From: a bacterium
Lineage (GTDB): Bacteria > Patescibacteriota > Minisyncoccia > Portnoybacterales > GWB1-42-6
Assembly: GCA_043800535.1 (NCBI GenBank)
Contig: JAZDMV010000026.1
Span: forward strand, 5,781-69,780
Reading direction: 5' to 3'
DNA: 64,000 nucleotides
The translations under genes and the position numbers were made by a program. This document shows, one piece after another, positions 1-9,063 of the stretch (position 1 is the first letter of the stretch; each line of letters begins with the position of its first letter). The notes under the pieces are model-generated. The model saw only the letters and a program-made list of their open reading frames with translations, had not been told where the DNA came from and did no database searches.

Positions 1-22
1 CGGTCTACCGCAAAAACTTTTG

Positions 23-173
23 TGCGCCTACCAGGACTTTCACCCCGTTCCAATTCCACTCACTAATCGCGGTATATCAGCGGAGGAAGGCGAAGCCGCT
101 TCGCTTGCCATACCTGGTAATAAGAAAACTCGTGGTTGGAATTGGAACGGGGCAGGCCTGGAGCCTACTGGTT
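23..173 (-). pseudogene. 3' half of a tRNA (Arg-like), interrupted in the T-loop by an inverted-repeat element
   Basis: Minus strand reads AA-CCAGT-AGGCT-CCAGG[element 39-156]AGT-CCTGG-TAGGCGC-A: anticodon-stem 3' strand, variable loop, T stem and acceptor strand; no 5' half. Confidence 0.7.
39..156. mobile_element. CCCC...GGGG inverted-repeat mini-element
   Basis: ttca-CCCCGTTCCAATTCCA ... TGGAATTGGAACGGGG-cagg, perfect 16 bp inverted repeat. Confidence 0.8.
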
Positions 174-185
174 TTCTGTGTAATG

Positions 186-258
186 TGCGCCCTGAGGGAC
201 TCGAACCCCCAACCTCTTGGTTCGAAGCCAAGCACTCTATCCATTGAGCTAAGGGCGC
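186..258 (-). tRNA. tRNA-Arg(TCG)
   Basis: GCGCCCT acceptor, anticodon arm CTTGG-CTTCGAA-CCAAG, GGTTCGAGTCC T-arm; no encoded CCA. Confidence 0.95.
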
Positions 259-265
259 GTATTTG

Positions 266-298
266 CAGTGAGCCCCGCACAATGCGGGGCTCACTGCG
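266..298. terminator. perfect hairpin after the SIMPL gene
   Basis: GCAGTGAGCCCCGCA-caa-TGCGGGGCTCACTGC. Confidence 0.45.
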
Positions 299-307
299 CT
301 AGAAATT

Positions 308-1120
308 TTATTGTATCTCGTAAGTTATTGATACATCAACCGTAATTTCGTTCTGGCCGGTTTGGACTTCGGGGGAAGGCGTTGCGCCGCCGCCGCCCAT
401 GCCAAGGGCGCTGTCTTTGAGATAGGTAATTGGCGGTTGGCTGCCTGATTCAGAGAAGCTGACAATTCTGACAATACTGACGCCCAGGTCATTTTTTAAG
501 ACCTCGGCTTTTTGTTTGGCATCGTCAATCGCTTTTTTTCTCGCCTCGGCTTTTATAGATTCCGGATCATCAATTGTGAAACTAAGCGAGCCGATCTGGT
601 TGACGCCGTTGGCGGCGGCTTTGGCCAGAATATCACTGGCTTTGTCCAGCTGCCTGATTTTAACGTCCAGGGTTTGCGAAACCTGATATCCGATAATTAT
701 GCTTCGGCCGGCGGTGTATTGGTAGTTTGGAGAGATATTGTAACTGACTGTTTTTAAATCTTTCTCATCCACGCCGAGGTCCTTCATCGCCTTTATCACG
801 TTATTCATTTTTTGCGTATTGTCTTTTTGGGCAGCGGCGACAGTCGCGCTTTCAGAAAGCACGGTTAATGAAACCTCGCCGATGTCGGGCTTGGCCAGAA
901 CCTTTCCTTCACCAGAAACCGTAATCGTATTTTTGACCTGAATATCCTGCCCGATATATTTGCCGCGTTTGGCTTCATTTTGTGTGGCAAAAATCATATA
1001 AACCGCCGTGATTATAAGCAAAATCGCAAAAATTCCCATGACAGCCATTTTTAAAGGATGCTTATGACCGGTAGGATGGCCGGACAAATGATTGTGGAAC
1101 TGCTCATTTATATTGTCCAT
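308..1120 (-). CDS. SIMPL domain (DUF541) protein
   Basis: N-terminal TM; TITVSGEGKVLAKPD, Y..S.P.Y..., ARKKAIDDAKQKA, V.ITYEI pattern. Confidence 0.9.
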   Translation of the reverse strand: MDNINEQFHNHLSGHPTGHKHPLKMAVMGIFAILLIITAVYMIFATQNEAKRGKYIGQDIQVKNTITVSGEGKVLAKPDIGEVSLTVLSESATVAAAQKDNTQKMNNVIKAMKDLGVDEKDLKTVSYNISPNYQYTAGRSIIIGYQVSQTLDVKIRQLDKASDILAKAAANGVNQIGSLSFTIDDPESIKAEARKKAIDDAKQKAEVLKNDLGVSIVRIVSFSESGSQPPITYLKDSALGMGGGGATPSPEVQTGQNEITVDVSITYEIQ

Positions 1121-1276
1121 TTTTTTATCCGCATTGATTCTTGCTGTTTGGGCATTTTAGCAATTCCCGAAACAGCTTGAATTTACGTTTTTATGTTATC
1201 AGATTATCACAATTTTGGGCAAAAAGCCAGTAAAATCAGTTGAAAAAAAGCACGAGACACGGTAGAATTTAGACAG

Positions 1277-2827
1277 ATGACAATCCCGAAAGAAGTCACA
1301 AACATAACAGAAAAGCTGCAGAAAGCCGGCTTTGAGGCATATATCGTAGGCGGCTGTGTTCGTGACTTTATTTTGCTTGCCCACCGAAGCCTTGGCGCGC
1401 CATCCGAAGCATTGCGCGAAGGTATGGGCGAAGAAGGGGAAAATTCGCCAGCTGGCGGACCGGCGGATTGGGATATAGCTACTAACGCCAAACCAGAAGA
1501 AACACAGAAAATTTTTCCTGACAGCGTTTATGAAAATAAATTTGGCACGGTTGGAATAAAAACCGATTCCTCTGATCCGCGCCTGAAAATTATTGAAGTA
1601 ACAACTTACCGCGTTGACGAAAAATATTCGGACAAACGCCATCCGGACAGTGTGAAATTCACTGGCAAACTGGAAGACGACTTGGCCCGGCGCGACTTTA
1701 CGGTGAACGCGATGGCCCTTCGGATTAGTTTACCCAAAGCAGCGTCGAGGGGCTCAGGGCAAGTTCATGAAATTATTGATCCATTTGGCGGCCAGAAGGA
1801 CTTGGAGGCAAAAGTTATTCGCGCAGTTGGCAAGCCAGAAGAGCGATTCGGTGAAGACGCGTTGCGGATGATGCGTGCGATAAGATTTGCCTGTCAGCTT
1901 AATTTTACGATTGAACCTAAAACGCTTGCGGCCATTCACAAAAACGCAGGATGGCTTGAGACGATTTCCAAGGAACGTGTGAGAGACGAATTCGTAAAAA
2001 CCATGATGTCCGATAAGGCGGCCGAAGGCCTTGAGCTTCTGCGCGAGACGGGCCTCTTAAAATTTATAATACCCGAACTTGAAAAAGGAGTCGGCGTGAC
2101 GCAGAACCGTCATCATATATATACTGTCTATGAGCATAATTTGTTATCGCTTAAATTCGCGGCGCAGAAAAAATTCAATCTGGAAGTCCGGCTGGCCGCC
2201 CTGCTTCACGATATTGCCAAACAGGAAGTAAAAATGGGAGAGGGGCCGGAAGCGACATTCTATAACCACGATTTTGTCGGCGCAAAATTTAGCGTGCGAA
2301 TTTTGGATCGCTTAAAATTCCCGCGCGATCTGGTTGATAAAGTCGCGCTTTTAATCCGTAGCCACATGTTTGTCTACGACGTTGGTGTTGTGACTGAAGC
2401 AGCCATCCGGCGTCTGTTAAAAAAAGTCAGCCCTGAAAATATGCAGGACTTGATTGATTTGCGCGTGGCGGATCGATTGGGTTCGGGCGTGCCCAAGGCC
2501 CAGCCGTATCGTTTGCGCCATTTTCAATATATGGTGGAGAAAGTCCAGCACGACGCGATTTCGGTCAGAATGTTGAAAATTGATGGCAACGGCATTATGA
2601 AATTGCTGAAAATTGAGCCCGGCCCGAAAATCGGCGCGATTTTGGACGTTTTGTTGGCAGAAGCGATTGAAGAGCCGCAAAAAAATGAGGAAAAGCATCT
2701 TGAAGGCCGCGTCAAAGAGTTGAATGACCTCGACTTGACCGATTTGCGAAAAATGGCAAAGCAGAAAATTGAGGAGAAAAAAGAAGAGGAAGATCTTGAA
2801 ATAAAAGGGAAATATTGGGTGAAATAA
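1277..2827 (+). CDS. cca: CCA tRNA nucleotidyltransferase / poly(A) polymerase family with HD domain
   Basis: VGGCVRD, DWDIAT, RRDFTVNA, EDALRMMRA, LLHDIAK motifs. Confidence 0.92.
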   Translation: MTIPKEVTNITEKLQKAGFEAYIVGGCVRDFILLAHRSLGAPSEALREGMGEEGENSPAGGPADWDIATNAKPEETQKIFPDSVYENKFGTVGIKTDSSDPRLKIIEVTTYRVDEKYSDKRHPDSVKFTGKLEDDLARRDFTVNAMALRISLPKAASRGSGQVHEIIDPFGGQKDLEAKVIRAVGKPEERFGEDALRMMRAIRFACQLNFTIEPKTLAAIHKNAGWLETISKERVRDEFVKTMMSDKAAEGLELLRETGLLKFIIPELEKGVGVTQNRHHIYTVYEHNLLSLKFAAQKKFNLEVRLAALLHDIAKQEVKMGEGPEATFYNHDFVGAKFSVRILDRLKFPRDLVDKVALLIRSHMFVYDVGVVTEAAIRRLLKKVSPENMQDLIDLRVADRLGSGVPKAQPYRLRHFQYMVEKVQHDAISVRMLKIDGNGIMKLLKIEPGPKIGAILDVLLAEAIEEPQKNEEKHLEGRVKELNDLDLTDLRKMAKQKIEEKKEEEDLEIKGKYWVK

Positions 2828-2893
2828 ACGCCGTAATTTATTTATATGGTTTTGCTTTGTGCATTTTTTATTTTTTATATTTTATTTTGAAAC

Positions 2894-3484
2894 ATGCCCG
2901 GACCAATCACTCACCTTGCGTATGCTGAAAGATATTTGCGAAAGAATCCGTCACGCGATTTAAAAAAATTCATTTTGGGCACAATTTTTCCCGATATTCG
3001 CTATATCGCCAAGATCGAGCGCGATTTGACGCACAAAAAATTCAGGCCTGACCTAAATTTGTCGGCGATTGATTCATTCAAGGCCGGCTGGAAACTCCAT
3101 ATCTACCTTGACAGCCAATGGAATAAAATAGTGAAAACCAGCCGTTTTTATTGCCCCGGCAACAAAGACAACTTGCTTGTCTGGACCGCGGCAAAAATTA
3201 TTGAGGACAGGATTGATCGTAAAAAAATCAGCGACCTGGCAAAATACTGGCGGATTATAAAAAATCCCGGCTCTGGTTCCGTCCTCCATATTTCCAAAGA
3301 CAAAATAAAGCTTTATTATCAGGCAAACGCCAATTACCTTATTAGAGGAGATTACGAAGCATTCGTAAAATATATATTTCAGGAAAGTTCCATTAACCCT
3401 ATGCTGGTTAAGACCGAAGAGCTGGAAAAGGATAAAAAAATGGTTGAATTCTTATCAAAAATTCTTGACAAAATCACGCCATAA
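2894..3484 (+). CDS. hypothetical protein, possibly zinc-dependent phospholipase C-like
   Basis: MPGPITH, G.IFPD, GWKLHIYLD pattern. Confidence 0.6.
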   Translation: MPGPITHLAYAERYLRKNPSRDLKKFILGTIFPDIRYIAKIERDLTHKKFRPDLNLSAIDSFKAGWKLHIYLDSQWNKIVKTSRFYCPGNKDNLLVWTAAKIIEDRIDRKKISDLAKYWRIIKNPGSGSVLHISKDKIKLYYQANANYLIRGDYEAFVKYIFQESSINPMLVKTEELEKDKKMVEFLSKILDKITP

Positions 3485-3501
3485 GTTTTAAGTAAGGGAG
3501 A

Positions 3502-3575
3502 CGGGGTATAGTATAATGGCATTACGTGCGCTTCGGGTGCGTATAATCCCGGTTCGAATCCGGGTACCCCGACCA
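3502..3575 (+). tRNA. tRNA-Pro(CGG)
   Basis: CGGGGTA acceptor, TGCGC-TTCGGGT-GCGTA anticodon arm, GGTTCGAATCC, encoded CCA. Confidence 0.95.
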
Positions 3576-3668
3576 GACGAAACTTGACGGATTTTGCGAG
3601 GAGTTTGTTTGCTCGCTCGCCCCGCCTGCGGCGGCGTTTCGCTTGATGATTTAATGAGATAAATTTAC

Positions 3669-4409
3669 ATGTCCACCGGATATATTTTAAATAGCCAAAA
3701 AACATTTGAAATCTTTTTAAGAACAGAGAAGGTTTTAAAAAATAATCTTTTCCCCATTGTAAGTAAATTTGTACGTGAAGAAATAGATTTTTGGATAAAA
3801 ACAGCAAAGAGATATATTAAAAAAGATGAAAAAATTATTGAAATGGGTTGCGGAAGCGGCAGAATCCTCAAGGAATTAACAAAAGCTGATTTTTCTGCAT
3901 TTGGTTTTGACAACGATGCTCTATTCATAGATTACTGTAGAAAACAAAATCTAAAAGTATTTTATTTAGACGCGACCAAAGCAGCCCCCAAAAAACATAA
4001 ATTGAAATATAAAATGGCAGGTATTGCCGTAAATACTTTATTTAATTTTCCGAAGAAGATAAGGAAAAAATGGATTTCATCTGCTCATAATTTGCTGAAA
4101 GAAAAAGGAACTTTAATTATGACTGCTTATTCTGATAGCAGATTTTCAAGGACGACTATCAAAGAAAGGGTGAAATTTTATGAAAATGTTTTAATGCCCC
4201 CGAAAGATTCTTATATTGAATTCTTCGATGACGGCAAAAGGAAAGGAGTTCATCTTTGTGGCCACAATAAAAAGGAGATTTGGTTTTCTGAATGGATATC
4301 TAGGGGTGAATTACTGAAAGAAGCAAATTCTTGGAAAAATTTTAAGGTTGTTTCAATTCAAGAAATGAAATGCGGAATTGGTTGGAAGTTGGTGTCTATT
4401 AAAAAGTAA
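3669..4409 (+). CDS. class I SAM-dependent methyltransferase
   Basis: IIEMGCGSGR motif I, GFDND motif II; AT-rich. Confidence 0.85.
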   Translation: MSTGYILNSQKTFEIFLRTEKVLKNNLFPIVSKFVREEIDFWIKTAKRYIKKDEKIIEMGCGSGRILKELTKADFSAFGFDNDALFIDYCRKQNLKVFYLDATKAAPKKHKLKYKMAGIAVNTLFNFPKKIRKKWISSAHNLLKEKGTLIMTAYSDSRFSRTTIKERVKFYENVLMPPKDSYIEFFDDGKRKGVHLCGHNKKEIWFSEWISRGELLKEANSWKNFKVVSIQEMKCGIGWKLVSIKK

Positions 4410-4431
4410 ATTTTCTAACGCAGAAGAAAGT

Positions 4432-4788
4432 ATGAATATAGAAATAGAATCTGATACTATATTTAATAAATTAAACAACGCCACTCTGACCAAGGAGGAA
4501 TTTAAACTCCTTCCTTATCTTGAAAGAAAAATATATCAAGATACAGCCAAAAAGAGGTTTTCTAAATTGGACTCTCATCTTAGTCCTGAACATATTGACT
4601 GGAAGATTCGAGTTCGAGCAAATAATGACCTATCTCTGGTTCTGAATGATTGCCTAAAGAAGAATTTATTAAAATTGAAAAGAGTTGAAAAAATTAACTT
4701 AATAGAGATTGGCTTTTCGCTAGGCGCAAGCACAACTTTATTTGTTTTAAGAGAATTAACAAAAACTTCAGAATTTATTAAAAAATAA
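4432..4788 (+). CDS. hypothetical protein, possibly a truncated methyltransferase
   Basis: ATG at 4432; ends soon after a motif-I-like LIEIGFSLGAST. Confidence 0.45.
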   Translation: MNIEIESDTIFNKLNNATLTKEEFKLLPYLERKIYQDTAKKRFSKLDSHLSPEHIDWKIRVRANNDLSLVLNDCLKKNLLKLKRVEKINLIEIGFSLGASTTLFVLRELTKTSEFIKK

Positions 4789-4803
4789 TTTAAATATAAA
4801 ATT

Positions 4804-5319
4804 ATGCCAAACGAGAACATTAAGCCAACCGGCTGGCCTCCTTCGCGCGAGGCTTCGGAAGGCCAATGCTGCGAGCCGTTTAATCCGGAGCCATGGCATG
4901 ACAAAGAAATAACCTGGCAGGATAAAATATTTGTTCGCGACCACGTGACGAGTTTTTTTCACATACCGCTTAACATGAGGGGAAAGATCATAAAGAACAT
5001 GAAATTGATTGAGGCGGCGCAGGCCAAGTCGCCCTATCAATTAATGCTGTGTGACGAGAAGTCGCTTTGGGGTTCGGATATCTATATTGATGTAGCGCGT
5101 GACGTGCCTGGCGCGCAGATGGACAAAATTTCCGGCACTTTTCTGACCAAAGTTTTTGAAGGGCCGTATAAAGATGCTGGCAAATGGGCAAAAGAGATGA
5201 TGGAGTATGTTGCCTCAAAAGGCAAAACGCTCAAAAAATTGTATTTTTCCTACACCACTTGTCCCAATTGCGCCAAGGCCTATGGCAAGAATTACGTGGT
5301 GCTCTTTGCGCAGATATAG
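4804..5319 (+). CDS. conserved hypothetical protein (annotated hydrolase-like family)
   Basis: CC..FNPEPW, FEGPYKDAGKW, YTTCPNCAKAYGKNYVV. Confidence 0.75.
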   Translation: MPNENIKPTGWPPSREASEGQCCEPFNPEPWHDKEITWQDKIFVRDHVTSFFHIPLNMRGKIIKNMKLIEAAQAKSPYQLMLCDEKSLWGSDIYIDVARDVPGAQMDKISGTFLTKVFEGPYKDAGKWAKEMMEYVASKGKTLKKLYFSYTTCPNCAKAYGKNYVVLFAQI

Positions 5320-5321
5320 AA

Positions 5322-6014
5322 ATGACGTACGAGGAAATCATTAAAAAACTGAAATCTCTTGGTAATCCCAAAAACGTGACGGGCATGGCCAGATTTGGGC
5401 TGTCCTCAAAGACGACGGTTGTGCTGGGCATAAAAAAACCGGTAATGGACAAAATGGCTAAGGCGATTGGAAAGGACACAGAATTAGCATTAAAACTTTG
5501 GGATTCAAAGATCTATGAAGCGCGGGTGTTAGCCGCTTTGATAGCCGATCCTAATGTTTTAACGGAAAAACAGATCGATAAATGGATTTCAGATTTTGAT
5601 AATTGGGGTGTTTGTGATAATGCATGTATGAATTTATTTCATAAAATACCCAATGCCCATAAAAAAGCAAAAAAGTTAGCGGTAAGTCCTCGGGAGTTTG
5701 TCAGGCGTACGGGGTTTGCCCTGATCGCTTCTCTGACTGTACACGATAAGAAAGCGACGGACTCCAGTTTCGTTAAATTTCTTCCTATTATAAAGAAACA
5801 TTCAACTGACGAGCGAAATTATGTCAAAAAAGCGGTCAATTGGGCTTTACGTCAGATTGGCAAGCGGAATAAAAATTTAAATAAGGAAGCGATAAAAACC
5901 GCGCGGGAAATTTTGTCCGCCAGCCGGCGGATTGACAGTAAGGCCGCCAAATGGATTGCAGGTGATGCAATTCGGGAACTGACGAGCGCGGCAGTGCAGA
6001 AAAGATTAAGATGA
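5322..6014 (+). CDS. DNA alkylation repair protein (AlkD-like)
   Basis: LW...YEAR, FDNW.VCD, DERNYVKKAVNWALRQIGKR; ATG just after upstream stop. Confidence 0.9.
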   Translation: MTYEEIIKKLKSLGNPKNVTGMARFGLSSKTTVVLGIKKPVMDKMAKAIGKDTELALKLWDSKIYEARVLAALIADPNVLTEKQIDKWISDFDNWGVCDNACMNLFHKIPNAHKKAKKLAVSPREFVRRTGFALIASLTVHDKKATDSSFVKFLPIIKKHSTDERNYVKKAVNWALRQIGKRNKNLNKEAIKTAREILSASRRIDSKAAKWIAGDAIRELTSAAVQKRLR

Positions 6015-6022
6015 CATAGTAG

Positions 6023-6090
6023 TGTCATCCCGTGCTTGACACGGGATCCAGATTCATTAGCCTGGATTCCGGCTCGAGGCCGGAATGACA
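6023..6090. repeat. TGTC/CGTC-type REP-like palindrome pair
   Basis: TGTCATCCCGTGCTTGACACGGGATCCAG ... CTGGATTCCGGCTCGAGGCCGGAATGACA. Confidence 0.85.
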
Positions 6091-6099
6091 ATAAAATAA

Positions 6100-6402
6100 A
6101 TGCGATTAAATTTCAAAAACATAAAAGATAGTCCGTTGAATCTGATGCGGCGCGTTGGCTACAGTTTTGTCGGCAAGGATGATATGACAGGGGAGGAAGG
6201 TTATCAACGCCGGCTAAGCTCGGGCGATTATCCCAAATTCCACGTGTTTATAAAAAAAGACGGCGATTTTGTTTTTGTAAATCTGCATTTGGACCAGAAG
6301 AAGGCGTCTTATGGCGGTCAGACCGCGCATTCAGGCGAATACGAAGACATCGGTCTTGTGGAAAAAGAGGCGGAGATAATTAGAGGAGTGTTTGAGGCGT
6401 AG
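6100..6402 (+). CDS. conserved hypothetical protein
   Basis: 100 aa ORF with YPKFHVF, NLHLDQKK.SY..QTAHSGEY. Confidence 0.75.
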   Translation: MRLNFKNIKDSPLNLMRRVGYSFVGKDDMTGEEGYQRRLSSGDYPKFHVFIKKDGDFVFVNLHLDQKKASYGGQTAHSGEYEDIGLVEKEAEIIRGVFEA

Positions 6403-6414
6403 ATTTAATTGTTT

Positions 6415-6488
6415 GGGCCTGTAGTATAGTGGCAATACGCGGCATTCGCATTGCTGAGACGCGAGTTCGATTCTCGCCAGGTCCACCA
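6415..6488 (+). tRNA. tRNA-Ala(CGC)
   Basis: G3:U70 in GGGCCTG/CAGGTCC, CGGCA-TTCGCAT-TGCTG, encoded CCA. Confidence 0.95.
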
Positions 6489-6657
6489 ATCGCAACTTTC
6501 GCCATTTTGGGAAAGGGTTGCCTCGCGGCTTCGCCGCTCGGCAGTGGGGCTTTGCGCCGTGCGCAAAGCCATAAAATCCCACGCTTACGACGATTGAAAA
6601 ATTGGCTAAAGCGCCTGGGGTTTCGGCGGATGAATTATTGAGATAATCATAAAAACT

Positions 6658-7617
6658 ATGTCTGAAAAATTTGATTTTTCTAAAATTGAAGAGCAACAGA
6701 AATTTGAAGAATTGTCGCAGGAAGAAAAAGATAAAATTATCGGCGATGGGCAGGAGGAGGGAAATGCAGAAAATTTAGAAAAAGAATTATCGCCAGAAAT
6801 AATAGAAAAGGTAATGGATAAAGTGCAGGATATTGATAAAGAAGGTACGGCTTATTCGACGCTTTTGTTTTTCAATGATGCAGCTATGAAAAACAAATTA
6901 GAATCAGTGTTGAAATTTGGCTTGTTAGGCACAAGCGGCCTTGATGATTCGAAAAATAGGGTCGGAGAACCTTTTATTGAAGCGGCTAAATGGATAGAAA
7001 ATGTAAGGAAAAAGAAAGAATCTGCCTTTTTCTTTAATATAGTAGGAAGAACTCATTTCTCAGGTCCGGCTTTCGAGTATCGTGAAAAGTTTGGAAAAAA
7101 TTTACCAGAAATTTCAAATTCTTATTGGTTTTCAAGAGAAGGCACCAAAATAGCACTTTTATTTGACGATTCGCGATTTACAGAAAAAGAACCCATTGAT
7201 TCACCAACCAAAAAAATAAGCAACAGAAGTCGCGTTTTTAGGGCTAATCAGGATTACGGCTATAGAGATGAAAAGGGCAGAATTTTTTATACTTCTGAAA
7301 ATTTGTTTAAGCCTGGTTTACCAATTGCAGATAGTGAATTTGGTTTTGTGGGAGCATTTAGAGTCCCACCTAAATCTTTTAGAGGTTTGGTCTTGAGAGT
7401 AAATAAAAAACAATTTGAGCAAGAGACAGAAGATGATCCAAAAAAATGGGAAGAGATAATTAATCATATGGTTTTGACAATGACAAGAGAATACAAAAAT
7501 AAAGAGAAATTAATTTTACCAATTTATAATTTTAAAGGAGATCTTCTTTGGCCAAAAAAGATGAGTTATGAAAAAATTAAAAGGTTTATAGCGGAGAAAG
7601 AGATAAAAGAAAATTGA
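6658..7617 (+). CDS. hypothetical AT-rich orphan protein
   Basis: 319 aa ORF, acidic N-terminus, no recognised motif. Confidence 0.7.
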   Translation: MSEKFDFSKIEEQQKFEELSQEEKDKIIGDGQEEGNAENLEKELSPEIIEKVMDKVQDIDKEGTAYSTLLFFNDAAMKNKLESVLKFGLLGTSGLDDSKNRVGEPFIEAAKWIENVRKKKESAFFFNIVGRTHFSGPAFEYREKFGKNLPEISNSYWFSREGTKIALLFDDSRFTEKEPIDSPTKKISNRSRVFRANQDYGYRDEKGRIFYTSENLFKPGLPIADSEFGFVGAFRVPPKSFRGLVLRVNKKQFEQETEDDPKKWEEIINHMVLTMTREYKNKEKLILPIYNFKGDLLWPKKMSYEKIKRFIAEKEIKEN

Positions 7618-7879
7618 AATAAAGAAGTATAAATGGTTAATTTCGTTATTATTTTAAGATAAGAATAATGAATAACCCTGCGAGTCCTTCGGGCATCGCA
7701 AGGAGTTCAAAAATCTTCAAAAAATTTTAGCGGCGGCTCGCCCCGCAAGGCAAGGCAAAATCAAAGCGAGGGCGGGGCGGGAATTCATTTCCCCCCAACC
7801 CCCTTTCCTTCCCGCCCCGCCCGAGCGTCAGAAATTCCGTTCAAAGAAATTTCGCGCAAAGTTTAGAATATCCCACATT

Positions 7880-8455
7880 ATGTCCAAACGCGTTTTTATA
7901 ATTCACTGCTGGGACGGCCACCCTGAAGATAACTGGTATCCCTGGCTCAAAAAAGAGCTTGAGAAGCGGGATTTTGAGGTGCAAATTCCTGCTATGCCAA
8001 ATACTTCCGAGCCAAAAATCGAGGTCTGGATCCCGTTTTTGGCAAAACTGGTCGGGACAGCAGATGAGAATACTTTTTTTGTCGGTCATTCTATCGGCTG
8101 CCAGACGATCATCAGATATCTGCAAACGTTGCCTGAAGGAACAAAGATCGGCGGCGCGGTTTTTGTGGCAGGCTGGTATGACGTGCGAAATCTTGAGACC
8201 GAAGAGGAAAAAATAATCGCCGGGCCTTGGGTGAGTGAGCCGAGGGATGATAAAAAAATTCGTCAGACAGTTAACAAATCAATCGCTATTTTTTCCGATA
8301 ATGACCCTTTTGTCGCGGAAGAGAATCAGCAGTCATGGCAGGAGAAGGTTGGTGCAAAAATTATTGTTAAGCACAAGGCGGGTCATTTCAGAGAAGAAGA
8401 CGGGTTTAAAGAATTACCATCTGCGCTTCAAGCGGTTCTGGAAATCACCGGATAA
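7880..8455 (+). CDS. RBBP9/YdeN family alpha/beta hydrolase
   Basis: IIHCWDG..NWYPWL, VGHSIG, SDNDP, AGHF. Confidence 0.92.
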   Translation: MSKRVFIIHCWDGHPEDNWYPWLKKELEKRDFEVQIPAMPNTSEPKIEVWIPFLAKLVGTADENTFFVGHSIGCQTIIRYLQTLPEGTKIGGAVFVAGWYDVRNLETEEEKIIAGPWVSEPRDDKKIRQTVNKSIAIFSDNDPFVAEENQQSWQEKVGAKIIVKHKAGHFREEDGFKELPSALQAVLEITG

Positions 8456-8473
8456 AATTATGTAGATTTTGAA

Positions 8474-8881
8474 ATGAAACGCGAAAATCAAATTTTAGGC
8501 GCGGAAGGCGAAAAATTGGCCGAGAATTTTTTAAGGAAGAAGGGCTATCTGATTTTGGCGCGGAACTGGAAATGCAAATTTGGCGAGCTGGATATCGTGG
8601 CGGCCAGATACGAGGGGAAATTTTTGAGAAAAAAGAGAGTTATTGTTTTTGTTGAGGTCAAAACTATTGATATGGCCGATGCGAAGTTTGTCGGCCAGGC
8701 CGAACAGAATGTCAATTATTTCAAGCAGAAGCATTTAATCTCTTCGGCCCAATGTTATCTGAAAGCCAAATGCGTCAGCCCAGAAACTGCCTGGCAGATA
8801 GATGTCATCGCCATAGAATTTGACGCATTCGGCAAGCAGCATAAACTGAGGCATTTGGAACGGGCGGTGTGGGGAAGTTGA
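8474..8881 (+). CDS. yraN: YraN family protein (UPF0102)
   Basis: G..GE.LA..FL..KGY.IL.RN, GELDIVA, VFVEVK. Confidence 0.9.
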   Translation: MKRENQILGAEGEKLAENFLRKKGYLILARNWKCKFGELDIVAARYEGKFLRKKRVIVFVEVKTIDMADAKFVGQAEQNVNYFKQKHLISSAQCYLKAKCVSPETAWQIDVIAIEFDAFGKQHKLRHLERAVWGS

Positions 8882-8958
8882 CAGGTTTTTTGAGTCGTAG
8901 TATATTGGAAATAGTTGAGTTTATGGGTCCGCTGCGGCGGACTAATTTTTTTAGAAGC

Positions 8959-9056
8959 TACTGAATACGGATCAGTACAGATATACGGATAACCCTTCGA
9001 CAAGCTCAGGGTATAATTCGTAAATCCGTATATCTGTAAACATCCGTAATCCGTAG
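8959..9056. repeat. inverted periodic ~8-mer repeat with a nested palindromic end
   Basis: tacggat/tacagat units facing atccgta/atctgta units; CCCTTCGACAAGCTCAGGGTATAA in the centre. Confidence 0.7.
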
Positions 9057-9063
9057 AGAAATC

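Noticed and set aside
20-302. Short ORFs over the first 300 bp, and 19139-19372, 20219-20419, 6429-6641
   Set aside because: Shadows of tRNA genes and repeats
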